Position numbers and translations under genes: made by a program. Positions 42,971 through 55,501 of a DNA stretch of 64,000 nt are shown piece after piece (positions within the stretch are counted from its first letter, which is position 1; each line of letters opens with the position of its first letter). The notes under the pieces were generated by a model that was not told where the DNA came from, searched no databases, and was given only the letters and a program-made list of their open reading frames with translations. The DNA is from Trichoplax adhaerens (Eukaryota; Animalia; Placozoa). The DNA lies in contig NW_002060959.1 in the NCBI RefSeq assembly GCF_000150275.1, positions 1,175,283 to 1,239,282 on the forward strand, read 5' to 3'.

Positions 42971-43499
42971 CACTGACTATTTCCGTGTATGATTTAACAA
43001 GTCCGCGCGAGACAATAATACTTTAATGGTAGAAAAAACCAATCAGAATGTCCGTATAAAATGGACGTACTTAGAAAGGCTATTTGTCTGCCATCATTCG
43101 ATCATTTTCATTGTTTTATCATCGTTGGATATCATTACCTCTTCATGTCTATATTAAATAACATTCTTTACTTTTTCAGGCTGATTACTTGGTATTACGT
43201 AATAGTTGCCACTCGATAGATTGAAATAGCTTCAAAATACAGAAATAACAACTTCAAAATTACTTTTAATACTAGTTAGCATCGGATCGCCATCAGTGGC
43301 AAATTTGTTTGTACGTATACGAGTACAATTCTGCATGTGTGATCAAGTACAGTACATACAGGGTATAGAAAATGGAACAGCCATTGCTCCATTTTCTAAT
43401 TTAGGAATCTATCAAGGCTAACTGATACAGTACGGTATATATTAATGTATTACCAGTCGATTACAAGCTGGTACTATAGTTAATAATAATTATGTAATC

Positions 43500-44630
43500 C
43501 TTCTAGCAAAGTTAGTGTAATAAAGAACACCAGATGTGAGGTAAACTTTACGATGGAGATGATCAACACAGAAATTGAAACAATTGTCTCCTCAGCACAC
43601 CAATTATATAACTGCGGAAAGAAATGTAAATAGTACATATCAATTCCATAGCTGTATCAACGGTAGACAGGACACCTTATTATTCTTAATAACCCTAACT
43701 CCAATCATGCATGCATTATTGATACAGTTGCAAAAATCACATTTTTCTCCTAATGTATCGGTATGTTTTTTGGAATTCATTTCTTCCTCTTTTATGGATT
43801 TTGTTATCATTTCCAATCGTAAAATTCTTTGCCAAACAAAGAAGCCAAACAATTGCCTCATTTGATTAGGACTCCTAGTTGCCCAAATGTTCGCTTTCCT
43901 ATGCTATCGTAAAATTAAAGTCGTAGATTCTATTTCACTTTACTAACTATATGTTGATAAAATGATGATCCTTTCATCCATATTTAATCGTACTATTTAT
44001 AGATGTTGAAATAAGTTATGGATCTTTGTATTAAAAGTAAACCCATTCTGATATCAATTGCGCCTAGAATTGAAGCTCGGACAATGCTATCATTTATTAG
44101 CATGTGCTCACTGTTTAATGTAATATGGCAATTGATTACATTTAACTAAAAGGTTGACTTTTCAAATATCTATTACAAGATACTCCGCTAACTCAAAGAT
44201 CATTTGGTAGATTGCTTATCCTTGTATTGATCGTGCTGTAATCCATGAAAACTGCAGCATGAATTTTAAAGCAAGTTGTTTCCGTCAAATGATCAAAATA
44301 AATGAGCATGGAAAGATTAAAATTGTTCAATACTAGAATTGTTTCGTAAACTCTAATACAGTACCATTCTATCGATAAATGATTAACGATATCTGTTATG
44401 CTTTGCTTTGTAGATTTTGTTGAAAAGAGCAGGTGATCAAGAATCTTATGTTAAAAATGATGCTAAGTGTTTCCTTTCCTAATGGGTAATTAATGCTGTA
44501 ATAAAGGGCATTCAGTCCAAAGCTGGTGCAATTGGAACTATCGTGTTACCTTGATGTTGTAATAAAGTTACTCCACAATCATATAAAATGACCTCAATTT
44601 GAGTTATGCTTAGTCGGTCGAGATTTGCAG
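43500..44630 (-). pseudogene. Possible decayed leucine-rich-repeat (LGR-like receptor) gene
   Basis: Interrupted fragments GNTIVPIAP, GNNL..IHAA.FHGLQ (needs frameshifts), RISNLPNDL and VSCLPL resemble extracellular LRRs. No continuous frame. Confidence 0.25.
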
Positions 44631-46169
44631 CTATAACAAGATATATTTGTTATAAGTAATAGTAAATGTAGTCAATGTTAATGGACCAATTAATTACTAT
44701 ACAGCTACAGCATGGTGTGTAATTTTGAATGATGCGAAGGTGTGAACAATATAAATCCTTTTATCTACCGAGATGACAGTAAATATAATAGGACAAAGTA
44801 AAATCAAGAAATTCCCTGTGATTATGATCTGGTAGTAATATAATCGTTTATTAACCGGTTGTTGTGTGATTATGTGGATTGTAAAGTCTTTAGGAGACTT
44901 CAATTATTTTACCATACACACTATGTCCTATATGGATAACGATAAAGTTCATAACCATCAATTATTATCTATTAATTGTCTGCCTTAAAATTACCTTATC
45001 TAAGATTTAACAATATGATTTCTAAGAATGAACTAATCTACAGTACAATTAAGGTTACGATTTAGCAGTTATATATTGGCTTAGTAATTATTTGTATGCC
45101 TTAGATAAAATGCAATAAAGGTTATTAACTCTTCATATTTATGACTTGGGTACGAAAATAAATAAGATTGTATCGCAGTAGTAGTAATCTATTCTAGCAT
45201 TCTGTTAATACGTATATGTATTCACTGTCAGTTGGTGTTAGATAATTAGACGATAATCAATTTAACATTATTATAGTTCTAAATCAGACACAAGTAGAAC
45301 CATAGCAAAATAACTCTTAGCTCTAATCAGTGTTAAAAATATTTATTATAGCATGATTAATTTACAACTATAAACGATGATGTCGAAAATTCGATATCAT
45401 TCTTAAGTTAAAATTCTTCTTTTCATACTATACAGCCACAGATATCGTACTGTACTAATTATTGCTTTGTCTAGAATCATGTTAATATCATACTAGTAGT
45501 AAGACTGTAGTTACGCAAAATAAGATAACTTAAGTATTTAATGACAAAGCTATGATAATTATGATATAAGTATATGAACTTAAAAATAGTTTTAATCAAG
45601 ATAAATAATTTAAGTTATAAATTAAATAAAAATTAACATTTCTTTACCAAAAATAAACCCAAGACTTTAAGAAAAAATTGAATCTATATCTTCTAGGCGA
45701 TAATAGTGTCGTTTTCCCTTTTCAGTGACTACTAGATATAATGTTGCATTATGCCGCTATACTAATCGTTACTATTCTTTAAGATATTCCTTAGACAAGT
45801 CTTATTATTTGAGAAATACGATATAGCAGTAAATTAGGATTTATTGCACTAATACGGTTGCTGCTACTAAGAACGCAGTCAGCACTGATATGTACGTCAA
45901 TTTTAATTATTCATTGCTATATACATAATCTTTAGCAGGGTTTTAAATAAATAGAGAACGTTAACCATTGTAGCTTTCACATAAAGCGTAGATCTCAAAA
46001 CTAGCGATTGTATTAATTACTGTTTAATTCATTCATTTCCGCCTTGCGTTACAATCGAAATTTTTTCTTCTTGTTTTGTAGTTTGGGAATTGCAAATTAT
46101 ACAACTTTTATTTTCTTCCTGAGGTATCTAGTACCTAGCGTTGGTAACAATCTTTTTGCAAACTATTAA

Positions 46170-49100
46170 TTAGGTTGCATCTTCCTGAGGTAACGTTTCG
46201 ATTCCTTCCCTGATCTGCTTCTCATTTTGAATCTCCTCATTTCCCTCCTTGATTTCGGCTTCTTTTGAGTGAGCACCTGTAGCTTGCAATTCCTTACTTT
46301 CCATTTGATTTATTGCTTGCATGGTTTCTTCTAGCTCTTTTTGCAATTTGACATTATCAAAATCCTTTTCTTTCAATACCTTGATTGTCATATGTAATGT
46401 CTCTTCAAGCAGTATTCGTTTGTTTTTTTCTTCTTGTATGCTCTCCTTTAAAGCTCTTTCTGTTACATCTACCTTTTCAATGCTTTCAGGGGTTGGTTTT
46501 TCTTCGTTGTCAAATTCTTCTTTTTCTTTCTTAACTACAGTTCTAGGGGAGACAGGTAATCTTTCTATTTTCAATTCATTTAATAATTGCATGGTATCTT
46601 CCAATTCCTTTTCTAACTCTTCCACCTCCGACTTCTCATATTCTAATTCTTTGGTTGTCAGATCCAATTTTTCTTCCGCTGATAATCGTTTATCTGTTTC
46701 TTTTTGTAAATTATCCAATAAAATTTTATTTTCTTGAGTTAAGTTTTTAATTTCTTCATTAGCTCGCTTCTTTTCACTCTGAAGTTTTTCATTCTGTGCT
46801 TGTATTAAGACTGCTTTTGATTCTGCATGAATAACCAGTAAATCTTTATATGCTTTATCTATATAACATTCAACAACTTCTGCACATCCCGCGATTTTAA
46901 AACTGTCCATAAATTTTAGTGTTTTTCGAAGAACTATGATTTTGACTTCCTCTAGTTTATCTTCTGGTACCACATTACCGACTTCTGACTAAATTATTAA
47001 GTTAAGGTTAAAATTCTCTTATGCACAAATACTAATTATTTCGACGGTTACTTAATTAATTTTCGCATACCTGTACAACTTTGACGTATTGTTTATAATC
47101 TTTCTTTAGAGATTGAATTCCCTCATCGCACATCGACATAACTATTCCCTGCAATATGATAACAAGTGATGAAGTATTGGCTCGATATCGAAAACGGTAA
47201 TAATTTAGTATATTATTAAATAGTACGAGCTTATGATACCCGTTAACCTAACGGGCCTTCCTTCTATCTGTAGTAATAGGGTATTAAAGTAAAATCTGTA
47301 AACGTTGTTGCATACGATTCTTAGAATTTATGATTACTGTTCTATTTCAAGGCCGGTTGGAATAATATAATACACAAGAATATTGCAATTGTAAAAATAA
47401 CCTCGTGGAGTCGTTCTGCACTTGGCAAAGTTGCCCGATGCGACACAGCATCCGTCTTGGGGTCGCACTGGAAAAGGCGACATATTTTCTACGATTAGAG
47501 AAAACAAAGATATTTACTGGACTGCTCTTCATTTACATCACATCAACGATAGCTTTACTCTAGTATAATTACGTTGATATGACGTAATACTTCGGGGAAA
47601 ATCATGACATGGTTAAATACACTTTTAACTTCCAGCTTTTCAGGATTACAAAAGTCTTTACAAAAATTAATCAGCTGTCGCTTCATTTCATCTTTGTCGC
47701 CTAAATTAGAAAGGGATATTTATCACATTGTTAATTGCAATAACGTTTATTAAACTAGCGAACTATTTTAGACAATGATTATGTTAAGTGTATGGGGATG
47801 AGATGTATACTACAAGCAGGAATGTTATGTAAGATTATAGAATAGAATACATACTTAATAAAATATCAACACCAACAGCTGAGTTTTCGTTGCCGTCTTT
47901 AACAGGTGATGTTGTCGGGAAAAGGTACCATTTCACATCTCGATAATGTTTACTTAAAATTCTATCAACTTTGTCCGCTCCCTAGTGATGTAGTTTATTT
48001 AGAGTTAGGTATAATCTCCTTGTACATAATTTTTCTAGCACTGATGCATGTTTCAACTAGCATTAGAATTACGGCTATATCGGAGTAACTGATAAAGTAT
48101 CGATATGAAATCCTAGTTTAAACGGATATACTGTACGTGCATATGATTAATTGAAATAACATATGTTATAATACACGATTAGCTTACCGTTACGACACGC
48201 ATTGCTGTAGTATTTTCGACTAAACCGAGTTGTTCATTATTTGCCAAAGAATCTCGAACAATCACGGTAGCTCTCTGTAGTAAAATAAAATTAGTAGTTA
48301 GTGATATAATACCCGTACTTTGTAATGTATTAAATATAACGAAGCGTCTGATTTTTAGATATATTATTGTATACAGCTAAAGTTTCTCATTTTAGATATA
48401 TTACAGTATTACTGTTTCGAAACTATAGTCATTTCTAACATACCGGAAAGAGTAGTTTTACGTCACACTTCTCACTTGCTCGATTGAAACAGTTTTCCAG
48501 TGTCTGTCAAATATTTTAAGTTAAACAAATAGATAAAACAGGCTTAGATGATAAATACAGTGCTAATCGACGGGTTCCACTATAAGGTTAACTTATAGTA
48601 GAAACAAATTAATGTAAGTAAGTTGATCAGGTAAAATGTCTTCTTGGACCTTAAATTTTAGTAAAGCGTTGTTACGAATCGTAATTTGCACCAAGGAAAA
48701 GTTAAAACTATTATGGAAATTATATACGAGTCTACTGTCAACTTTATCCTCCATGACATTAACCTACAGTACGACTCTAAATACTGACAATCTCCTATCG
48801 TCAGGAGGAACGGCAACACCACTAATCTCTCTTAGACATAACTGAACTCAAACTTTATTGAAAAGGTTAAGTCAATTTGTAGTAAATCAATATAAACATT
48901 AATTATCGATTTATAGATAGATAATATTATAAAACTATGCAGTTATCTCTTGAAAATATGTAAAACTTTATAGATAACGGTATGTAAATATATTCCTTGA
49001 TAAATTATCTTATGAAATCTATGTTACGACAGCTGTGTAAAAAGTTACTCCGTAACAATCGTTTACTCAATTCTATCATGCGAGCATGCTGTATTTCCTA

Positions 49101-50444
49101 ACTTAGCACTTACACTTAAAATAGCGAATTCAGTGTCATCGCAATGGGTTTGGACATTAATAATCTGTCAAGAAAGAGTAATATTGAGGAAAGAAATAGA
49201 TATTATACCCTTGTAACAATTATCAGCTTGAGATTAAATAAATGCTCAATTCTATCCAATTTATTACTACAACGGTTAAATTTAGGGCCAGGTACCGTTT
49301 ACGGATGTTAAAGAATATCAAAATGGTAGATTGATATTGATAATGTTATCTTTAGAGATTTTGGCGACAAGATTAAAGTGGCATACGCTTACATGATGTG
49401 AGCAGATTAGAGACATCAGAATGAAGATAGTTTTATCCAAGTGGAATTCGTTACCACAGAAACCGTTGGTATCGAGAAAAACAACTACGACCTAAATAGA
49501 AATGGAAGAATATGAATAAGGCTAATGATATTATTTCTATATCCACTGGATATAGGTATTTCTAAGCAGACACTATAGCTAGTATACTGCAATTTAAATT
49601 TTATAGCAAGATAGAATGTAATTAAATTATAATGAGTATTAAAATTCCGGCGCAGTATTGAAGTATAGCATAAGTAGTTCGTCACCTTATCATCATCATT
49701 TGTTTTACATAGTAAGGGTTGCTTATAAGCATAGATGCCTTTGGCATTCATAGCAGGTTGAAAGTTCATAAAGTGGGAAGCCTGCGATTTTTGCAATTTA
49801 TCGGCCGTTAACCATTCATTTTCACCAGCGATAAGTTTCCACGCTCGAGATGCAAGACCAGCTTCTTGAGCGTTAACAATCTACAATCCAAATGATGAAT
49901 GCTTGTTAAAATACAATAACATGTATCTTATGATTAATTGTGTCATTGCTGACTGATCTCACGGTAACTGTCAAAGCGCTACTTGATGAAAAAATTGAAT
50001 GTTATAAGTAGAATAACTATTTTACTAGCTATCTATTGACTTCACCTTTTCTTGTACAAAGAGCTTGATGATGTCCATAAGTAAAGATTTGCCAGATCGA
50101 CTCTTTCCACTAATGCCGATAATCACAACCTTGGTTTTATGCAATTGTTCTAAATCGAATAGTTGTTGTAGGTTTTCTTGATGGACTTGAATTGAAAAAT
50201 CATCTTTTTCTACGGTTATCAATGGAACAACTAGAGGATAAAATGGGGCAAGAATCAAATTCTGTCAACTAAACTGTTAGCTTCCTAGCAGATCGTCTTT
50301 TCAAGAAAGTGACAGCTTGTTTAATCCGTTTATTAATCAAAACTAGCCCAAATACCCTAGACTAAGGCAAAGTATCGAAGTTCTCTGGATCGTTCTTGTT
50401 CTAACAACTATCCTTACTATGACTCTTTATTTACTCGTATCCAT
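46170..50444 (-). CDS. Atlastin/GBP-family large GTPase B; long acidic coiled-coil C-terminus, no TM hairpin, G2 Thr replaced by Ala
   Basis: Spliced start MDT-IVPLITVE. G1 GKSRSGKS, G2 position NAKGI, G3 FLDTNG, G4 IVRD, WYLFP, FCNPEKL. Exon structure matches GTPase A and all exons read in phase to the stop at 46170. Confidence 0.85.
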
Positions 50445-51111
50445 TGATCATGATCATTTATTGTCACAGTTTTAATAATGGAATTAATGCTTATCTAGTC
50501 TAGGGCGTTAGATCCATGGGATTGCAATAGGTGATTACATTACTATCTGAAGATTAGTATTTGATCTATTCAACATCGTCTAAATCAATCCTTAAAGTGA
50601 TGAAAGGCTTGGAGACTGCATGACTGAAAATAAATGAACTATTGTGCAAGTTAATCGAGGTAACAACAGATGGAGAGCAATATCTGATTTCTTGTCATGA
50701 ACTCAATTGAATACGATCATCGTCTAAGGGGTAATGGGAAAAAGTGACTGGTTGAATTATCCAATGTTCTGAAATAGCAAAATTGAAAGAAGACTATCCC
50801 AACAACTGACCTTCTGGCGCTTTCTTGGGATTGAGCCATCTAGTAAAGAGCGCCATCTTCTCATCGACGACGTATGGCCTCCAACTTGAGTGAGAAAATG
50901 ATCAGTAGTGGCTACAATTAGATTACATTAAAATATGCGTCGGCGTGATGGAAACTTAGAGGGACGTTCCCGCACAGTCGAGACGTAGAGTGCTACAATA
51001 TGTGTCAGAGTACCCAATTCTGTTGTGTACAGGATTGCGTTATCTTATACTGTACTCTCTTACAGTCGAAAATTAGAGCGAGAACAATACACAACATGTA
51101 CTGAGTGCTCT

Positions 51112-51476
51112 ACCGATAGAAATCTTGTATGAAATCGATGCTGTAGATTGACTCCTAGACTTTCTACTGATGTCATTTGATTTATTGATTGATGGATGTT
51201 GTTGGATTGGATTGAATTTCCATCTAGCCAGTTGTGCTTCTGTTGAAGCGCTGTAAAGGTATCGCAAATACTTTTGCTGTGTGCACATTCTTACCGATAG
51301 AAATTTTGTATGAAATCGATACTGTAGATTGACTCCTACACTTTCTACTGATGTCATTTGATTTATTGATTGATGGATGTTGTTGGATTGGATTGAATTT
51401 CCATCTAGCCATTTGTGCTTCTGTTTAAGGCGCTGTAAAGGTATCGCAAATACTTTTGCTGTGTGCACATTCTTAC
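51112..51476. repeat. Two tandem copies of a ~182-bp unit
   Basis: accgatagaaat.ttgtatgaaatcgat...gctgtgtgcacattctt at ~51112 and ~51293. Confidence 0.9.
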
Positions 51477-52684
51477 TAACAAGAATCTCAAGACGGAAGG
51501 ATAAAAGCCTCGACTGCGAATGATGACGATCGATCTCAAGCGTCATCATGATTAGTCCATGTGTAGACCCTGCCAATTTATAAGAATAGACTGCTACAAG
51601 AACCAGTATAGAATATGAAAATCCTTCATTATAGAGTCGCAATGAGTTTCATCTATTATTACCATATTGTGGACTCGAATCGACACTGGTCAGACTGGTG
51701 TACAACTTCGAAACTACTGTACTGTACACTATATCGCACTGCTTGACGATATTATCGTCACTGCAAACGTATGCAAGACGAGCTGTAATTCTCCCCACCA
51801 ATACATTAAAAAGATGGAAAATGTTTCTACATTTCTGAACAGTTATTTATGATTCATTTGTGTTATACCATTTCCTATGTAAAATAGCATGGTCTCCAAC
51901 AGGGCCGTCCCAATGATTCACATTGAAAGTATAGTCTAGAGAATGATTTGTATATACTACTCAATAAAGTCTGGGATTTATTAAGTAATGACTTAGTAGT
52001 CCATGACATGACTGCACATATAACTTCGAAATTAAAGCCTAATTTCAGTACTTTAATCCACAACGAGATCATTTTACTTATGAACTCTTCATTATCTTAT
52101 TAAATACAGCGGAAAGTAATTAACTAAAGCTATAGCAAAATCGTCAAATGACTTTCTTCTTCATCCAATCTACAGTGTACAGTGTACAGTACTGTACGGA
52201 CAGTAGTCAAAATCCGTACTGTACACTCTGCCATGACTGTGATTCAGTGTGGTACTGGTACTGAACTAGGACCGTACTGGTACCTTCTTTCTGCCATTTG
52301 ACTGACATCCAAACACATCCACGCCCAAAACACTCGTCAGCGATAAGGAGTTAAAGCACTTGCTACGGTGTTGGAGCTCATGTAACATTGTTTACAGACT
52401 GGATTAACAAGTTGCTGCTGAGGTCTAATGAGACTGATCGGGATTCGAGCCAGCATAACAGCAGCAGTAGTTGGTCATCTGATTTGCCCTTCTACAGTTC
52501 TACTTGCAGCCTTTTGCTGTTTTATACTGGGCAGCAAGTAATTCTAGACCTGTTTTATTGGCAAGTGCATGCTCGTAAAGGTGAATGGTACACTTGTAGG
52601 TGAAGACTAGCTCGATTGTTTACCGACTGCAGGAAAATTATATTACAGTTCGACAGTAATCTCTCTCCAAAGCAAATTCTAACT

Positions 52685-53407
52685 ATGGCTCTTAAAATGA
52701 CAGTGGAAGAATTTCAAGAGCAGGAAGAATCTACTGCTGATGGTTGGCGAAATATGTGGGAAAATGGCCAGTTAGATCAATCTGCTGAAAAAGTTCAAGC
52801 ACAACTCGTTCAATTTCATGGTTTACTTCTAGCAGCACAGCGTACCAATCGAATTTTTGTGCCAATGTGTGGTAAAACTAAGGATTTATTGTGGTTGGCT
52901 GGTAAAGGAGCTACCGTTGTGGGGACTGAATTTGCTGCTTATGCATGTGAAAGCTTTTTCAAGGACAACAATGTTCCTTTTGATGTTGTAGATCTGGATG
53001 GCGTCAATGGGAAAGCGTACTTTAGTACCGATGATAAATTAAACATCACTATTTATCAATGTGATCATTATTTACTAACCTCATCTATGGTCGGTTTTAC
53101 CTTTGACGGTGTATGGGATAGAGGGTCTTTTAACTCTGTGCCAACCAAAGATCGCAACAAGTACGTTAATCATATGAAAACACTTTTAACCAGTACAGCA
53201 ACGATGCTCGTTGTTGTCGTGGAATACGAAATTATCAGCCAGTCGGATGAAAGGCATAATATCCCAAGTGCTGAGGAATGCCTTCTTTCAGCGTTTGCAC
53301 CGAGTGCAAACATTGAGAAAATCGATCGTTCAATCACTGAGTGGCAAGGTGATGACAATCAGGTCATCCAAATGCCAGAAATTTTATTCAAAATTCATTT
53401 CAAGTAA
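52685..53407 (+). CDS. TPMT: Thiopurine S-methyltransferase-family SAM-dependent methyltransferase, copy 1 (240 aa, intronless)
   Basis: WRNMWENG, RIFVPMCGK..DLLWLA..GATVVGTE, FDGVWDRGSF, DR..Y. True start is the ATG at 52685, after a 5'-UTR acceptor near 52632. Confidence 0.9.
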   Translation: MALKMTVEEFQEQEESTADGWRNMWENGQLDQSAEKVQAQLVQFHGLLLAAQRTNRIFVPMCGKTKDLLWLAGKGATVVGTEFAAYACESFFKDNNVPFDVVDLDGVNGKAYFSTDDKLNITIYQCDHYLLTSSMVGFTFDGVWDRGSFNSVPTKDRNKYVNHMKTLLTSTATMLVVVVEYEIISQSDERHNIPSAEECLLSAFAPSANIEKIDRSITEWQGDDNQVIQMPEILFKIHFK

Positions 53408-55501
53408 TTGTAATTGGCCTAAAAGTTACTACGATCATCATTAGAGATGTTCTTTTAATTGTTGCGTCTTTTATATTCGTAAGCACATATATCCGTTTGT
53501 TACGAGCAATATCTGAAATCAGTCATTATTATAGAACTTTAATATCCACGGCATCCATGACTGTAATACAGTAATCTATGTTTGGTTATATTATTCAACT
53601 GCACATAATATTTCGATTCTAGGGTTACAAATGTTATTTCTCCTTCTCGGCAGAATACTGCGCCTAATACTATACGATAATATTTCTCAAGCTAGCCATA
53701 GTAATGCTGATCGATTATGTTAAAAAAGCATTTTATGGGTAACTGATCAATGTAAGAATTAGAAAATACAGTAATTGGGGTTACTGATTGCATCTTTTTT
53801 CATTTCATTATTTTAAATATTAAATAGAAGCGCCTTATAATTTCAACGAACTGGGTAAATTATACAATGTGCTCAACGATATCGGGCCATGTTAGCCATA
53901 TCACGGAAATTACTATCTTGCTACATTGGCTACAGATTCAAGCCTTATAATGTATTATTGCGCCTATATTAAATGTATTTGTACAGCAACAAAAACAACC
54001 GATTTTAATCTCTTAGGGCTTGAGGTATGACTAGAATACTTTGGATATTAAAATTTAGGGCTGTACTCACGTTTTCATTATCGCAAATGTACGCAATCAC
54101 TTTACAAAAAGGATTCAAAATGAACATCTTTATGCTTCCAATTTTGGTCATCCATTGCTGTCATAACTATACTAACTCAAGCTATAGAGTATTTCGCGAT
54201 TGAAATATAGAGAAAATTTTTTCTGTAAAGTTGTCGATATTTTTAAATATTAATGATGACACGCATCAGGAAGTCATATCACATTTATTAACCCGTTGTA
54301 GTATAATTATGTGGATTGTAAAGTCTTTAGGAGACTCAAATTATTTTTCTACCAAACACAGCATGTACTATATGGATTACGATAAAGTTCATAACCACCA
54401 ATTATTATCTATTAACTATCTGCCTTTAAATTACGCTGTCTAAGAATGAATTAATCTATTGCACAATTAAGTTTACGATTTGGCAGTTATATATTGGCTT
54501 AGTAATTATTTGTATGTCTTAGATAAAATGCAATAAAGGTTACTAACCCATTATATTTATGACTTAGATACGAAAATAAACCACATTGTATTGCAGAAGT
54601 AGTAGTAATCTACTCTAGCATTCTGTTAATACAGTATGTATATGTATTCACTGTCAGTTAATGTTAGTTAATTAGACGATAATCAATTTAACATTATTAT
54701 AGTTCTAAATCAGACACAAGTAGAACCATGGCAAAATAACTCCTAGCTCTAATCAGTGTTGAAAATAGTTATTATAGTATGATTAATTTACAACTATAAA
54801 CGATGATTTCGAAAATTTGATATCATTCTTAAGTTAGAAATCTTCTTTTTATATTATATGGTACTAGATATCGTACTGTACTAATTATTGCTTTGTCTAT
54901 AATCATGGTGATCATACTTGTAGTAAGACTATAGTTATGCAGGATTGCACAACTTAAATTGATATGCATAACTTAAATAGATAATGATGAAAGTATGATA
55001 ATATGAACGTAAAAACAGTTTTAATCAAGAGAAATAACTTCAGTTATAAATAAAATAAAATTTAACATTTTTTTTTATCAAAAATAAGTCCAGGATTGCA
55101 AGAAAAAGATTGAATCTATATCTTCTAGGCGACAGCAGTGTCGCACTCCTTTTCACCGACTACTAGATATAGATTTGCATGATGAGGCTCTACTTATCGT
55201 TACTAATCTTTTAAGATAATAATAACAACATAGTCAGCACCGATATTCATTACTATGTTCATAATCTTTAACAGGATTTAAAATGAATAGGAAACATATA
55301 CTATACCCCTGCAATTTTAACACGAAGCATAAACCGCAGAACTAGCAATTGTATTAATTATTGTTTAGTTCGTTAATTTCGCTTCGCCTTGAAATTTTTT
55401 CTTCTTTTACAATTTGGGAATTACAAGCTATACAACTTTCGTTTTCATCCTGGTAGTATCTAGCACTTAGCGTTGGTATTACTCTTTCTGCAAACTATTC
55501 A

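Larger units (their letters stand above)
44851..54287. repeat. Copy 1 of a tandem segmental duplication (GTPase B + TPMT-1)
   Basis: 44851-47641 aligns to 54288-57080. About 51757-54285 aligns patchily to ~57440-60005. Confidence 0.85.

Noticed and set aside
46321-46737. Ser/Phe/Leu-rich plus-strand ORFs (also 55675..55953, 23623..23892, 21535..21843)
   Set aside because: These are antisense shadows of real coding exons or pseudo-exons.
51073-51642. 189-aa minus-strand ORF
   Set aside because: It spans the 2x182-bp tandem repeat, has no recognisable domain and is likely incidental.
52616-52684. N-terminal extension of TPMT-1 in the ORF track (263 aa)
   Set aside because: It begins at a non-ATG codon and crosses a 5'-UTR splice acceptor. 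The paralogs start at the Met equivalent to 52685.
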